The notes below the pieces were generated by a model that did no database searches, was not told the origin of the DNA, and was given only the letters and a program-made list of their open reading frames with translations. From Rotaria socialis (lineage: Eukaryota): a stretch of 64,000 nucleotides of DNA. The DNA lies in contig CAJNYD010000550.1 of NCBI GenBank assembly GCA_905331295.1, forward strand, positions 50,606-114,605, given 5' to 3'. How positions within the stretch are numbered: the stretch's first letter is position 1; each line of letters begins with the position of its first letter. The translations under genes were made by a program, and so were the position numbers. Below are positions 16,722 to 30,638 of the stretch, piece after piece.

Positions 16722-19700
16722 ATGGACAATAACAGTAATAATAATCGAACATCAGCTACTGCTAATTCGTCCTCAAATACAAATGCAAGTACGACAACAG
16801 CAATAACAGCAACAACAACGAATGCGTCTGGATCATCAGCTGCGTCATCAACTGCTACATCATCGTCAATACGACAAAGTCATAAACGAACATTTTCCGA
16901 ATCTGATTCATCGTCAAGAACAGAAAGACATTTATGTTCTTTTTCACATCTATGGATTATTAAGTAAGCAACTAATTTTTTTATCTTAATGATATTGACA
17001 ATGTTTTGTGCTTTGCATTTGAAATTGTTGCGAAAAAATCTCTAAAAACAGAACGTTCGTAACTTCAAAAATTACTTTTTGATTCTAGTTAATAGATCTT
17101 AATCAGTTATTTAAACAGATGCATTGTTAGCTAACATGCAATCTTTGCTAACTACTAAGGTTACATCAATTCCGAAGACTCAAGCAACTCATACTGTTCT
17201 AGAACTAAACATCTCGTAAAGAGCGCATTAATTTGATCAAAAATTTGCCTTACACACAGTCCGAGGTTGGAAACATGTACATTTGTTAAACATTCAAATA
17301 TTTTATAGGTTCAGCTTCCGCCCCATTCTTATCTAAGAAGATTCCTACCTGTTTTGAATATCTAATATAATATCACGATCGTTTTGTGCCCTTTCTTTTT
17401 GAAGATATAAATTTAACATAATTTTATTTCGATCTATTTCTTTAGTTATCTTTCATCGTATATCGATGATTCCAATTCTACTTGTCTTCAATCCGAATCA
17501 TTTTCGCCTGTTAATACACCTTATTCAAATACACGATGGAGTTTAAAATTATATCCACGTGGTTTAAATGAAAAACAACATGCAAATAATAATATCGCTA
17601 TATTTCTCAAATATGTTAGTGGTACAATGCCAACAATAAAAGCAAAAGCTGAGTTCAGTGTTGTTAGTCGTAATAATGAACTTGTTATGTTGCGTTCAAC
17701 TAATTTTCATACATTTTCTTCTGGAAACGATTGGGGTTATTCAGGTATAGATATATTTATCTCGGAATATAGAAACTATATTGCAGTTGCTTTTGTTTTC
17801 TTTAAAAGAATTCCTTGATGGCAACTATTTAAATTCTCGTCGGAATGATCTAATAACCGATGATCGCCTTCGAGTTTATGTTCGTGTTGTATTAGTTGAT
17901 GAAAAAGAAACAACAACAGGTGATTTAATCCGTCATGCACATCATCACCATCATCATCATCCATCATCAATTCTACCCCCACCGCCACCACCTCCATTAC
18001 CATCATCTCAACATCCAAATCAACAACAACAAACAAGTACGACACCTAAAATTCAAGCATCAACATCATCGTCATCAGCATCTTCATCAACAGCAACATC
18101 AATGAATAATTCAAATCCATCAAGCACATCCACAACATCATCGACAATGATCTCTGGTTTATTTTCAGATGATAAAGAGCGCTTCAAATCATTAGAATTT
18201 CTCTCCAACCAAATAAAAACACTTTTAGACGATGAAAGGTTTGCTGATGTACATATTCATGTTATTTCTAAACAATCGATATCAATTCAACCACAACCAC
18301 AACAACAAACAATTATCATTGATGATCATAAAAAACCAAATCGAACAAAACACCCAAGATTATCTTCAAAACAACAACAACAACAACAACATCATCCGTC
18401 GTGTTCATCTTGTCATTGTACATCAGAGAAAATAAAATCTAGTAGCACAACTAACGAACAAATATCTGATCATCATGAACAGTCATCATCAGGTATTTCT
18501 ATATGTTAATTAATTGGCAAATTTAAAATAGAATGAATAGTAATTGACAGAAAAATTATCCTATAAGTACTATATTCGATTCTTAGATTCCAATATAATT
18601 AGAGCATTCAAATAAATATTATTCAAGAATTCAGTAAAAATTTCGCAAATATAAATATGAATCTTTGGAGTTGAACGAATTGATCACTGTAACATAAAAT
18701 AGTTTACACCATAGACTGCCTTTGAGGAATTAGATCTATCGAAACCTCGGAAAATTAACTTCAAGCTCTTATCTTCGGTATTAAAATTTTTTACCTGCAT
18801 TTGATTCGCAGCATAAAATAGTTGACATAGCAGATGCTTAGATTACCTGTAGAAATTCACAGTGTCAAAATAATTCGAAGTCTTGAATATGTTTAAACTT
18901 AACTATTTTTCTCGAAATTGATCTAATATCCATTGAAGTTTTTTTTTCATGTAAACATACGAGTCAATCGAACATTTATTGTTCAAGAGAAAAGCTTGTT
19001 TTACCAGAGACTTTAGATCAGAGTAATACCAAAGTAGTTTAATTCCTTATTCTGAACTTGAAATTCATCCCTCGTACGATAATATTCTCGAAGAATAATA
19101 TTTTGATAATTTTATAATTGCATCGAACATTGAAGAGTACGTCTGTTAGTTTGCTCTATTGGTTGATTAATAGATTTTTCAAATAAGAAGATCTGACATT
19201 CGACCTAAGCTGCATTCTACTATTGAAATTTAATTGATAATATTTTTGTTTTCTAGTTCTTTGTAAAGATTCTGAATCTGACATTTTCGATTGTCGTCAT
19301 TCAACCAATGTTTCATCTCAAAATTATACATCTTCTAGTTCATCATCCGTAACTCCAACAATACGTCGAACAACTCGTTCAACAAGTTCTTTACTTTCAC
19401 GTATTGCTCAAAGTTCGACATCATCATCATCAGTGGAATCAAATTGTTCAACATCATTCATTGAACCTTCATCATCAGACATATGTTCATCATCGTCTCT
19501 ATTATCTTTATCATCAACTACAAAACGTTGTTCATGTATTTGTCATTGTCAAGATAATACAGAACAAGATATTCATTTAGAAATTCAACAATCTCAATTG
19601 AAATATGCTAATGTAACACCTTTAGCAACATTTCATGCTCATAAAGCTGTATTAATGTCTCGTTCATCATCATTTGCAACCCAAATACGTCATAGTACTA

Positions 19701-20251
19701 ATTACAATAAAATCGATTCAAAATTACCGTCGATTGATTTATATATTGATGATCTTGATCCATTAACTGTTCGAATAATGCTGATCTATATATATACAGG
19801 TCGTTTAGTAACATCGAATGATGATATGAAAACAAATATCAATGCTATTGATTTATTTCGTGCTGCTGTTAAATATGATTTACACGAATTACGTCAGTTA
19901 GCCAAATCTACTATGTTAGATGCCTTGAAAGTGGATAATGCTATTGAAATGCTTGAAGTTAGTGATCAAGCTAATGATGTATCACTTAAACAACAAGTTT
20001 TAGCCTTCATACGTTCAAATGCGTCAGCTGTATCAAAAACAAATAATTGGTTACAATTCACCAAACGTTATCCACATTTAGTTATTGATGCATTTCGTTC
20101 ACTTGTTACACCACCATCAACAACAAATACAAAACTTAATAACAATACGACGACTACTACTACTACTACTGCTAATAACAATAATAATAATAATACTTTT
20201 CATTCAACATCATTAACTACAACAAGTAAACAATTTTCAAAATATGATTAA
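16722..20251 (+). CDS. SPOP/roadkill-like MATH-BTB protein with large low-complexity insertions; 4 exons (16722-16963, 17446-17744, 17809-18492, 19257-20251)
   Basis: MATH: FSHLWIINYLS, RWSLKLYPRG, IAIFLKYVS, NDWGYSEFL, LITDDRLRVYVRV. BTB: LLDDERFADVHIHV ... FHAHKAVLMSRS, IDDLDP..VRIMLIYIYTG, LFRAAVKYDLHELRQL. BACK-like: LKVDNAIEMLEVSDQ..LKQQVLAFI..W..F.K.YPHLV.DAFRSL. Confidence 0.88.
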
Positions 20252-20589
20252 TAATTGAATATGTATGGGAAAAGAAAATAAGAATCCTTCGTTGTGTTTT
20301 TCTTTTTTTTCTGTCTTTTATTCTTTCTTATCTGTACAGTCAAATCGGATGCATAAGGAAAGTTTTGTTGTCCTGTTCGTATGTTTGTTTTTCCTTTGTC
20401 ATGATATATCTACTTGCAAAATAAAATATGAGAAAAAAATTTTATCTTTTCTTTTATGTTTTTCAATATGATATATTTCTTGTTTTACTTCAGATTTGAA
20501 TTTATTCTCAATCTGTGGATAAAACCAATGAATATAATAACTATTCGTATGCGAGTTGTTAGTATTTTTTGAATGCCATAAATTAGTTT

Positions 20590-20874
20590 CTCAGGTCGAT
20601 CAACTTGTGTCGTACACGGCCGTTTGATACGCACCGTATTACGGTCGTTTTGCATCGTGCCATAAACGATCGGATACGGTCGGATACTGAAATATCCGAC
20701 CACATTACGGCCGTTAATAACCGTTTACGACAAGGCGAAATACGACCGTAATACGATGCATGCCAAAACGTCAAATTACGGTGATTTACGGTCGGAAACG
20801 TTATAAAACGGTAGTATACGTTGCCGTATGCTGCCATTTACGATCGTATCAGGTCGTCGTAATTTCGACCTGGG
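20590..20874. mobile_element. CpG-rich MITE with (C)CCAGGTCGA-type termini
   Basis: Left CTCAGGTCGA and right TCGACCTGGG are inverted at 9/10. There is an abrupt GC/CpG shift and the interior is built of CCGTA/TACGG/CGGCCG motifs. No clean TSD. Confidence 0.75.
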
Positions 20875-22081
20875 ATTGTATTAGATTTCTAAAAATGATC
20901 AATTTCAAAGTTAAGTAAATTCAATTAAATATTCTAATCGGAATAGGATAATTACCGCTGAGGTACAATAATATATATGTTTTTCGAGTTTTCTATTAGA
21001 TGACTAGCGCACTTTACCTATTTCTCTGACGAATTAGAATTCTTCAAGCTCATAATGTTTTTCTACTCAGATGTTAGTCGATGGGTTCTAATTCTAACTG
21101 CTACTTTCATCATTAATAGAATAATATTGAATAAATACTGCATAAATAGAATACAATCGATCATAAGAAGTAAAATTTTCAGAACACTTACCATAGCAAT
21201 GCATATAAATATCATTTTGTTTTTAAATTTAATAATGTGATGTAAGCAATTTAGTGTATGTCAATGATATAATCATCATTCATATACATAGGTATTTTTT
21301 TTAAACCCATAGGGGTTCTAATATGACTTCAGGCTCTATAGCAATATTTATATAATGACGTATGATGATATCTATTGTGATGATAAATAAGTTTTTGTTT
21401 TTATTTCTTTTTGAGAGAGGAGCTCGTAGGTAAAATGACTATTGTCGATAATAGAAATTTCATGGTTACTTAATACTGCTACAGAACTAAGTTCCTTTTT
21501 TTTGAAAGAACATTTTCAATCGTAGACGCTTCATTTCATCGAGTGACTGCTTGCTATTCAATAGAAGTTGCTATGACAAGAGAAGAAAAAAACGTTCTGT
21601 AATTTAATAGAGATTTTTACTTTAGTAATGGATGATGTATAAATTTTTTGCAGAAAAGAAATCATTTTAAAAGCATTCTCTAATTTTAAAAATCAAGGTA
21701 AACAAAATTAGTAGTAGCGTCATCTATGTAGACAAACTATTTTGTTTGATTAGGTATTGTTATTTTTTTCATCGAGCACAAAAACGAATCAGCTGATAGG
21801 AAAAAAATTGTATTCACCTTGATGATCCGCGTATTGGAACTTTTATTATTCGTTCATATAAAGAAAAAAGAAAATTAAAATTAACTTTTATTTTTTTTTC
21901 AGCTGTTTCTTTATGTCTTGTGTTACTCGTATAGTAATATTTTAGATGTGTGTTTGCCGTTGTTATTCTCTTGACAACAGCTTAACAATAGTCAATTGAA
22001 AAGAAATAAATAGATATTCTTTCTTTTTGGTTTTTTAATCAATTCCATTTTAATTAAAAAAATAAAGAAACAGTCAGACTA

Positions 22082-24586
22082 ATGGAAACAATGAAATCTA
22101 ACTCAGGCAATGATTATACAAATGAAGAGCATTCGCCAATGCTCACATCGTCGTCTTCGTCGTCATCAAATAGTTTATTAACATTTCTCAACAGTCATTT
22201 AAATAAAAATTCCACAGATGATTATGAAAAAATTAGTGAACGATTTTTAACAGTGTTTTCAACATGGGATGATCGTGAACAATTAAATTTTGTTGAAAAT
22301 CTACTCAAACGTATGCACAATCATCAACATGGTCAAATCAATTCATTTCTATTGCCTATGTTGCAAAGAGATTTTATTGGACAATTAGCAGCACGTGGAC
22401 TTGAACATATAGCAGAAAAGATTCTTGGATATTTAGATGATCAATCATTAATATCAACAGAACTTGTTTGTCACGATTGGTATCATGTTATATCATCAGG
22501 TATTATAAATAGAAAGTTAGAAATTTTTTCTAAAATTTGCGTTTGTATTCAAAAAATAAGTTTTAGAACTAATTTGTATTTGATTGCAGGAAAAGTTTTA
22601 GTCAACATAGAAGTATGCAGTTTCATCTAACGAAGTGCCTACTTATTTTACACCAAATCAATAGAAAATATCGCTGCAAAAAGACCTATTTTGACAGCTG
22701 TTGTACGCAGCAAGGATCTCAGTGTGAGACATAGGATTTCTATGTTTGGAATCCTTTCTATTAGAAGAAACCTGCTAAAATATGAAAGATCGCCTCTAGT
22801 ATCTCTATACACATGCATCCATGCTGCATATTGACGTCAAATCTGTAAATTTTTAACGTAATTCATGTTTCCGCTTGTTCTCGTATTCGTTTTTTAATGT
22901 CGAATTTAATTGAAGGAAAAACGTAGGTTCACGATCCATATTTCATGCTAGCTTTTATTAAGTCGACAAGAATGTGGTATATCTTCAGCATCTAATTACA
23001 AATATTTTCACTCCTGAGCAAACAAATCCAGTTATGATAGATATACGAATTATAAAAAAATGAAAAATGAAAGATGCGTTAGTATTAGAAGAGTGTATCT
23101 CGTTTTCTTTCATTTATTATGATAAATTATATCTAATATTATTGTCCTATGACAAATCATTAGTTAATGGTATATTTGTTTATATGTATGCTTGAATGCA
23201 AATGTTCAGATCAATTGTGTTAATTGTCAAAATCATTATCAAATAATGTACAAACATAATAATTATAGTAGTCGAATAAATCTTGATTAAAAAATAATAA
23301 TATATAATGATCGAAAAAGAAATTGTTTATTTATTTTAGGTATACTCTGGAAAAAATTTATTGAACGTAAAGTTCTATCAGATTCCTTATGGGATGGTCT
23401 TGCTAAAAGACGTGGCTGGACAAAATATCTTTTTCGTCAGATATTAACATCGGGCGAAACTTCTAAAAGTCATGAATTCTATCGTACTTTGTATCCGAAA
23501 ATATTGAATGATATTAAACAAATCGAAACCAATTGGCATACAGGGAAATTTCAATTAGAAAAAATTCAATGTCGTTCACAAAATAGCAAAGGTGTTTATT
23601 GTTTACAATATGATGATGAAAAAATAGTTAGTGGCTTACGTGATAATACAATCAAAATATGGGATAGAAAAACTTCTCAATGTACCAAAGTATTAACAGG
23701 ACATAATGGTAGTGTTTTATGTTTACAATATGATGAAAAAGTAATTGTTACTGGTTCATCCGATTCAACTGTACGTATATGGAATGTTAAAACAGGAGAA
23801 TTAATTAACACACTATTACATCATTGCGAAGCTGTTTTACATCTTCGATTTTGGAATGGTACAATGGTAACATGTTCAAAAGATCGTTCCATAGCTGTTT
23901 GGCAAATGAATTCGCCAACTGATATAACTATTCGACGTGTACTTGTTGGACATCGAGCAGCTGTTAACGTTGTAGATTTTGATGAAAAATATATTGTTAG
24001 CGCCAGTGGAGACCGAACAATTAAAGTTTGGGTAAGTATTTTCTTTTTGAATTAATTTCATTCCAAGTATTTATTTTTTCTTTTGATTTAAAAAGGATAC
24101 AACAACTTGTGAGTTTGTAAGAACATTACTTGGACATAAACGCGGTATTGCTTGTTTGCAATATCGTGATAAAATTGTTGTTAGTGGTTCATCAGATAAT
24201 ACAATTCGTATATGGGACATTGAATGCGGTGCATGTCTACGTATACTTGAAGGACATGATGAACTCGTACGTTGTATTCGTTTCGACACAAAACGAATTG
24301 TTTCTGGAGCTTATGATGGTATGGAAAGCACAAACGTTTTTTCTTTAAATAAATTTTTTTTGCAATAGGTAAAATAAAAGTTTGGGATTTAGTAGCTGCT
24401 CTTGATCCACGCTCTCAATCACCATTATGTATATGTACATTAACTGAACATACAGGACGTGTATTTCGTCTACAGTTTGATGAATTTCAAATTGTATCAA
24501 GTTCACATGATGATACAATACTTTGTTTTAATTTTCTCAATGATTCAACAATACCAGATCATTCAACAACGATAACAACTTCTTAA
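22082..24586 (+). CDS. BTRC: beta-TrCP / Slimb F-box WD40 protein; 4 exons (22082-22499, 23340-24031, 24096-24318, 24369-24586)
   Basis: D-domain W...[35 protein letters not shown]-box [14 protein letters not shown], and WD40 repeats [78 protein letters not shown]. Confidence 0.97.
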
Positions 24587-27500
24587 TATTTAATTCTGTA
24601 TATGTTCCTGTTATCATCTCATGTCACTTCCTATTCTTTTCGGCTATGTCTTTTATTCAAAATATATAGTTCACTTTTTTTGTCTTCTTTCATGTCTATG
24701 TTTATATTGTCGTTTTTAATGTGCGGTGTCCTTTTCTTTTTCTGTCTTTTTCTTCAGTGTATATTCGATCAACTTACAAAACAAAACAAAAAACATGTTG
24801 TGGAGAGGCTTGCTAACAGCATTTTTGAACAATTGTTTCTTTATTATTTAAATATATAATCAAATGAAGAATGACGAAAACAAAACAGAGATTAGAACAA
24901 TAATATTCGTTTTTTTTTAAAATTATTTATCTATTTGGGAAAAGAATGAATCGATTGCGATTTTATCTATAAATTTACAAGAAATACTTTCAAACATAAT
25001 TAAAATAACTAATCAAAGTAAAATAAACAAAATAGCATCGGAGATTTGTTTATGAATGTATTTATTAGTATGAACGTGTGTCCTTGATGAAACAATGTTG
25101 AGGTCATCTGCAAACGATTAGAAAATTTTTTATGTTTCTGTGAAAATACTAACAATAATAATAATAATGGTTACCATCTCAATAACTGCACATAAAATCA
25201 TTGATTTTGTAGAAACTTCCACAGTACTTATTATTTGAATGACTATCTAAAAAGTCCTTGATTGACAAGTTCTATTAGAGGAAAAATAAAAGTAGTACTA
25301 CGGTCTTCTCAATAGTAACTAGTCTAGGCATGAGTGGCACTATGTTGTTCATATCTGTTTATAATCAATCACTAGTGACAATATACAATTTGACACAGCC
25401 TTTATGTCACTATGATAGGCATTCTTTGCGATAGAAAAGGATTAGTACTGCTCTTGAGATCATCTTGTATCTATCCAAACAAACAACAGCAACAACAACA
25501 ACCTCTAAATAATACTTTAAATAAAATTGAATAGATGTTATCAAGGTAATCTTCAATGATAATCTTATGGTTTAGTTATATTAATTATCTTATTCATAGT
25601 ATTCTTTGTTTTCTATGCGATATAAACATCTTCTGGTAGTCTCTTTATTGTACACATGGCATGATGCTATAAATTCATAGACCAATACACAAATAGATTT
25701 TTCTTACTCCTCTTATTCTTGTTAGACTTGTATGTCTTGATCCTGTTTTATAGAGTAGTATATAAACAGTGCTAAACATAGAACGCTTTCCAATTCCTAG
25801 CTGTAAAGTACCATTGCGTCCTAATTACTTTCTACTGGTAACTATATTTGTTTCGTCGACAGATGTGTGTCTATCTAGTTACAGTACTGATTTTAACCTA
25901 CATCGAACAAAACGGGTAATGAATGCTTGCAGGTGTATTCAAGAATTCTATTGACTAAAAACAAATACATCAAAATAGTTGATATTTTTACACTTTGTTT
26001 TTAACTTTTTAATGACATTTATAATATTCTAAAATATGAAATAAGGTTATATATTGATTCTAATCAATAAATCCTTTTCTTACTCAACATTTTCAATTTT
26101 TTTTACATAAAATCGTTCAACTGTAATAGAAATATACCAAAATCTTCTCAGTAACTCTCTTGTAATGATGATTGTTCAGCAGCATTTTGAATAAGATTAT
26201 AAATCAAATATATTTTTATGTGTTTGTCAATTGTTTTTTTTCTATCCTAATCTGTAACACATATTTATTAGTTTTACAAAAATAAAAATTTAATGGAGTA
26301 TGCATAACTGATTTCAAAAGACTTCGTATTATGTAAATAAGATTGATGTTAGACATTAATAAATAAATCATTTATCTTATGCCAGCAATTAGCCGTCATG
26401 ATCGTCACTATTGTGTTTTTTACCCTCATGTTTAGTAGATTTCTATTGACTTTCTGCATACAAATATGAAGCTTATAGAAGACGAAAGAAATATTTATTT
26501 GCAGCCTATAAATTCGTTTTAAAATGACACTGTTAAATTCATATATATCTTAAGCCAAAATCTATCACGTTTGAAGACTTTTTTTTATTGTTCGACCTTT
26601 GCCGAAAATATTTTTGATTCAAATTTTGTTTTCATTTATGGATCCGTTATCCTGTTCGTGTCGTATAAGTAATATCTTATGAATAAAACATAGCTATTTC
26701 CTATGGAATAATGGCTCATTGCTAAAAGAAGTATGTGAGTTTCTTATGTTGGAAATAAACTCAAAATTTAAAAATCATAATCCGTATAATCAAATATACA
26801 TCAATAATAACGTTGTAGTAATCTTTTTTAAAGTAGATTGTGAACATCCTACTTTAATAAAACAATCAACAATCATAGAAAAAGAATATTTTTTTATCCA
26901 GAGTATTTCGTGATTATTGAAGACTTAAATGTACATGACATATAGATACATACATATTATTAAACTAGCTGACTTCAACAATTTTTTAATTTATGTAATT
27001 GAATAAGATAAAGGAAATTATTCGTGACATTTCTTTTTCTTTGTTAACTGTAAGAAATATAATCATATGCAAACTAATTCTATTAATATTGTCATTCTAT
27101 TTAAAATGGAAACAAAATTTTCAACATGCTTTTGTTGATGCCATTTATGGCTGTCAAAAGTTTTATTCATATTTATCAATAGAGATCAGCAGATTAAGGC
27201 AATTTAAAATCTCTCTTTTCATCAAGTCTATTTTTGGTAATTTTTGTTTTTTTTGCTAACCCTCTCCTTCATCAAGTTGTCAAATCTTTTTTTCCTAGAT
27301 AAAATCCACTATGCTATTGAAAAGATTTTGATGCATTCTTATATAAAGAAAATGGTATTACGCAGACTTACCCTAGTATATATATATATATATAGTAAGT
27401 GTGAATACGATTACTAACAAGATTCGGTAGAAATCTTCGATGATAGTTATAGAATTTCTTATTTTTTTCTTTTCAGATAATCAATGTGATTGAGTGCCGG

Positions 27501-28192
27501 AACAAATACAGTTAGTAAATCTTTTTTCCTTTTGTATATAGATCGAGACTTTTTTTAGTGTTCATATATCAAAGCTTAATCAGACACAAAAGACGTTAGT
27601 GTTGAAACTTTTAGTAGCATCAATGACAACACTGATAGATTGATGATAGACCATTCAGATAAAGACACTGAAGAAACATATTTCTTCTTTTTCTGGAATT
27701 TCTGTCTTTCTCTTTCTCGGTTTGCCGCTTGACACCCTGTTGATTACTTGAAAGACCTTGGGAAAAATAACCAATTTGGTTCTAGAAGACAAGCATTGTA
27801 TTACATCGAAAAATGACATGTTTATCACTTTGAGTTTTACATGTTACGAGGATATGATTTTCTTTTAATAAAATACTTTTTTGACCTATTCATTTTCCAT
27901 TAATTGATTGAAAACAAACAAAAACACCTTTCTGAATACTATAATTGACTAATTGATTTTCTATCTATCATTAGATCGATACTAGGGGTAGCGGCAATGT
28001 TAGTGGGCTCTCGATATCATTACTAGCATCATCTTGCATTAACTGAAGCAACCAGAAGAAATAAAAGCAAAACAAGCGATATTCTATTTTATATCTCTCC
28101 TTGGTATTTACCCCCCACTGGCAATGGCAAAGAACATCCAATAACTGTCAGACAGCCGGTCTGTTGAATAACTTTGCTCGTTATAACCGATA

Positions 28193-30638
28193 ATGAATAT
28201 TTCGCAAGCATCAGATGTAAGTGTCTCTAGCAGTAGTTGACATGTTTTTTCTTGTGTCTAACTTGAAACTAATTGTTTTCTAGCTTTCTATGGAATATCT
28301 TGGAAAATTTCCCGGAACTGTTTCAAATGAAACAAAAAGTGCATCTTTGAATGTTCGACACATATTTGTGATTCGATGTTTGAGTTTATATGCTCTTCTA
28401 CTTATCATCGTTGGTACGGTAGGCAATTTATTAACAATTGTGGTATTGCTGAGAAAAAATCTTCGTCGTTTGGTCACTATACGATATTTAATTATTGTCA
28501 GTATATGTGATACAATCTCACTCTACGGTTGGAATTTAAATAATTTCTATAAATTTCATATTAGTTCAATCCGTGGAAATTTAGAAGAAATATCTATTTT
28601 ACATTGTCGAATTATTTCATTTATGACATTTGTTAGTTTACAATTATCAAGCTGGTGTCTGACTGCAGTTAGTCTCGGTAAGAATTGTTCTCTTATGAGC
28701 CAAAAAATATTTCTTTCCCTAAGCTGATTGATTAGTTGAGACAAGTACTTCGTGGATAAAAACCTTTCTGTTTATATGTCAAGTGAACAAGGTTAGGCAT
28801 GTTTCAGTGACAGTAAGTTTGTCATTGTTAAGCTTACACATTTGACGTATAGATTGCTGTAGGCATTGTTCAAGGGAAATAATTGTATTATTTTAATGCA
28901 TTTATAATTGAATTCATTCACTGATGAAAATTTCAGTAGACATTTGTTCGGTAAATTTCTACAAAACTTGTCGAGTTGTATGAAATAAAGCCTTTGTTTC
29001 AAAATTAAACAATTAATTTTTTGTGAAACAGCTCAAAATGCCTAGTGTTTCAAATAGAAGAGAGATTTATCTAAATATGGTGTAGAAAAACACAATATGA
29101 TTGCTGCGTAAACTTTAATTTTGAGAAAATGCTACATAAATTGCAGATCAGTAAAAATTCCGATTATATCAATCTAACTTTGCTAACAACAATTTATACT
29201 TTAATTATGTTTGTTCAACATTCAAAACTGTAAATTGGCCTAGATATAAATTATAAATAGTCTTGCTTATTCACTCTCATTAATAATTTTCCATAAGAAA
29301 AAGCAAACTCTTCGTTATGACAAGACTAATTCTACACTTTTTTTGAATCAGTATTAAAAACAAAGTGACTTTAACGTGGATGAAGCATTATTATGCTGAT
29401 TAATTTCACATAATGAATTTTCCTGTTTACATTTGCAAACTACCAGAAAAGTATACAGTATATTAGCAAAAAACGACAATTGATAAAAGCCTCAAAAATA
29501 TGAACTTCCGATTGAACCAAAAATGAAGACTTATCACACAATGAAAATGTCCATAACAATTTGTTATTTGTGAAATCAAATTAATTTCAAAAACTTATGT
29601 CCTCTTCAATCTAATCAGTTTTACAATATGAATCATGTCCAAAAGAAAATAATTGTTCTCATTGAAATAGTTTTGTTCTATTTCTCGTAGACTATCTTAC
29701 CATATGATGAACATATAGCAAAAGGTACTTGACTTGTATGACGCAGAAGGAGCTAACACTTTTGTTTAATCAAGCAAGTCTTTTCTTAGGGTTTCTGCTT
29801 AGTGAGTAAAACATATAAAATATGACTTTTGTTTTTCGTTTCAATAGATCGTGCCTTAAATCTCTATTGGCTTCATTGGAAACAATCTTACGGAAAAAGA
29901 AAATATACAAAATATTATATCATTATTTTAACATTTATTTGTATTGCATTGAATATTCATGTATTATTTTTAAATGGTTATCGTACATCATCGGGTAGTA
30001 TTGAATGCTATGCAACAGAAAATAATCCCGGTTATATATTTCCACAATGGGAACGTGTTCATTTAGTTGTTTATAATTTATGTCCATTTGCTATCATGTG
30101 TATCTGTAATACATATATTATTGTTGCTACAGTTCGATCAAGTCGTGCACAAGATGAATCCCTACCACCGACTGTACAACGAAAAAATCTCGAACGCTAT
30201 CGACAACTTACTGCACTACTGATTATAGTTACATTTGCATTTGTCTTATTAACACTACCAGCGTGCATTTATTTTGTATTTTTTCGTCATAATCTTGAGG
30301 CAACAACTGAACGTACCTATCGCTATATGATTCAGATATCATTAAGTTCTGTTCAATTTACATCACATGGAATAAACTTTTTTCTTTATTGTTTTTCAGC
30401 AAAAAGTTTTCTAAATGAATTAAATGATATGCTAACCGAATGTTTATCTTGTCATCAAGTGAATAATGATCAATGGTCATTTGTTGGTGTACGAACAAAT
30501 AATGATCCAGAACATGAATCGTCGTCGTTAGAAAATCAACGTACTGATCATAACAGAGAAATGGAAGTTAAAAACCAAAAGTTTAATAATGCACCACAAT
30601 ATCAAACAACAAGTGGACAAGAATCGGAGCCCAGTTGA
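28193..30638 (+). CDS. Class A (rhodopsin-like) GPCR, peptide-receptor-like; 3 exons (28193-28216, 28284-28677, 29848-30638)
   Basis: TM1 IVGTVGNLLTIVVL, TM2 YLIIVSICD, ECL1/TM3 Cys, SSWCLTAVSL-DRA (DRY variant across the intron), TM5 YNLCPF, TM6 FVLLTLP, TM7 SHGINFFLY. N-terminal sequons NIS and NET. Confidence 0.92.

Noticed and set aside
20485..20837. Minus-strand ORFs 20485-20703 and 20583-20837
   Set aside because: They overlap a GC-rich MITE where stops are depleted; no recognisable protein.
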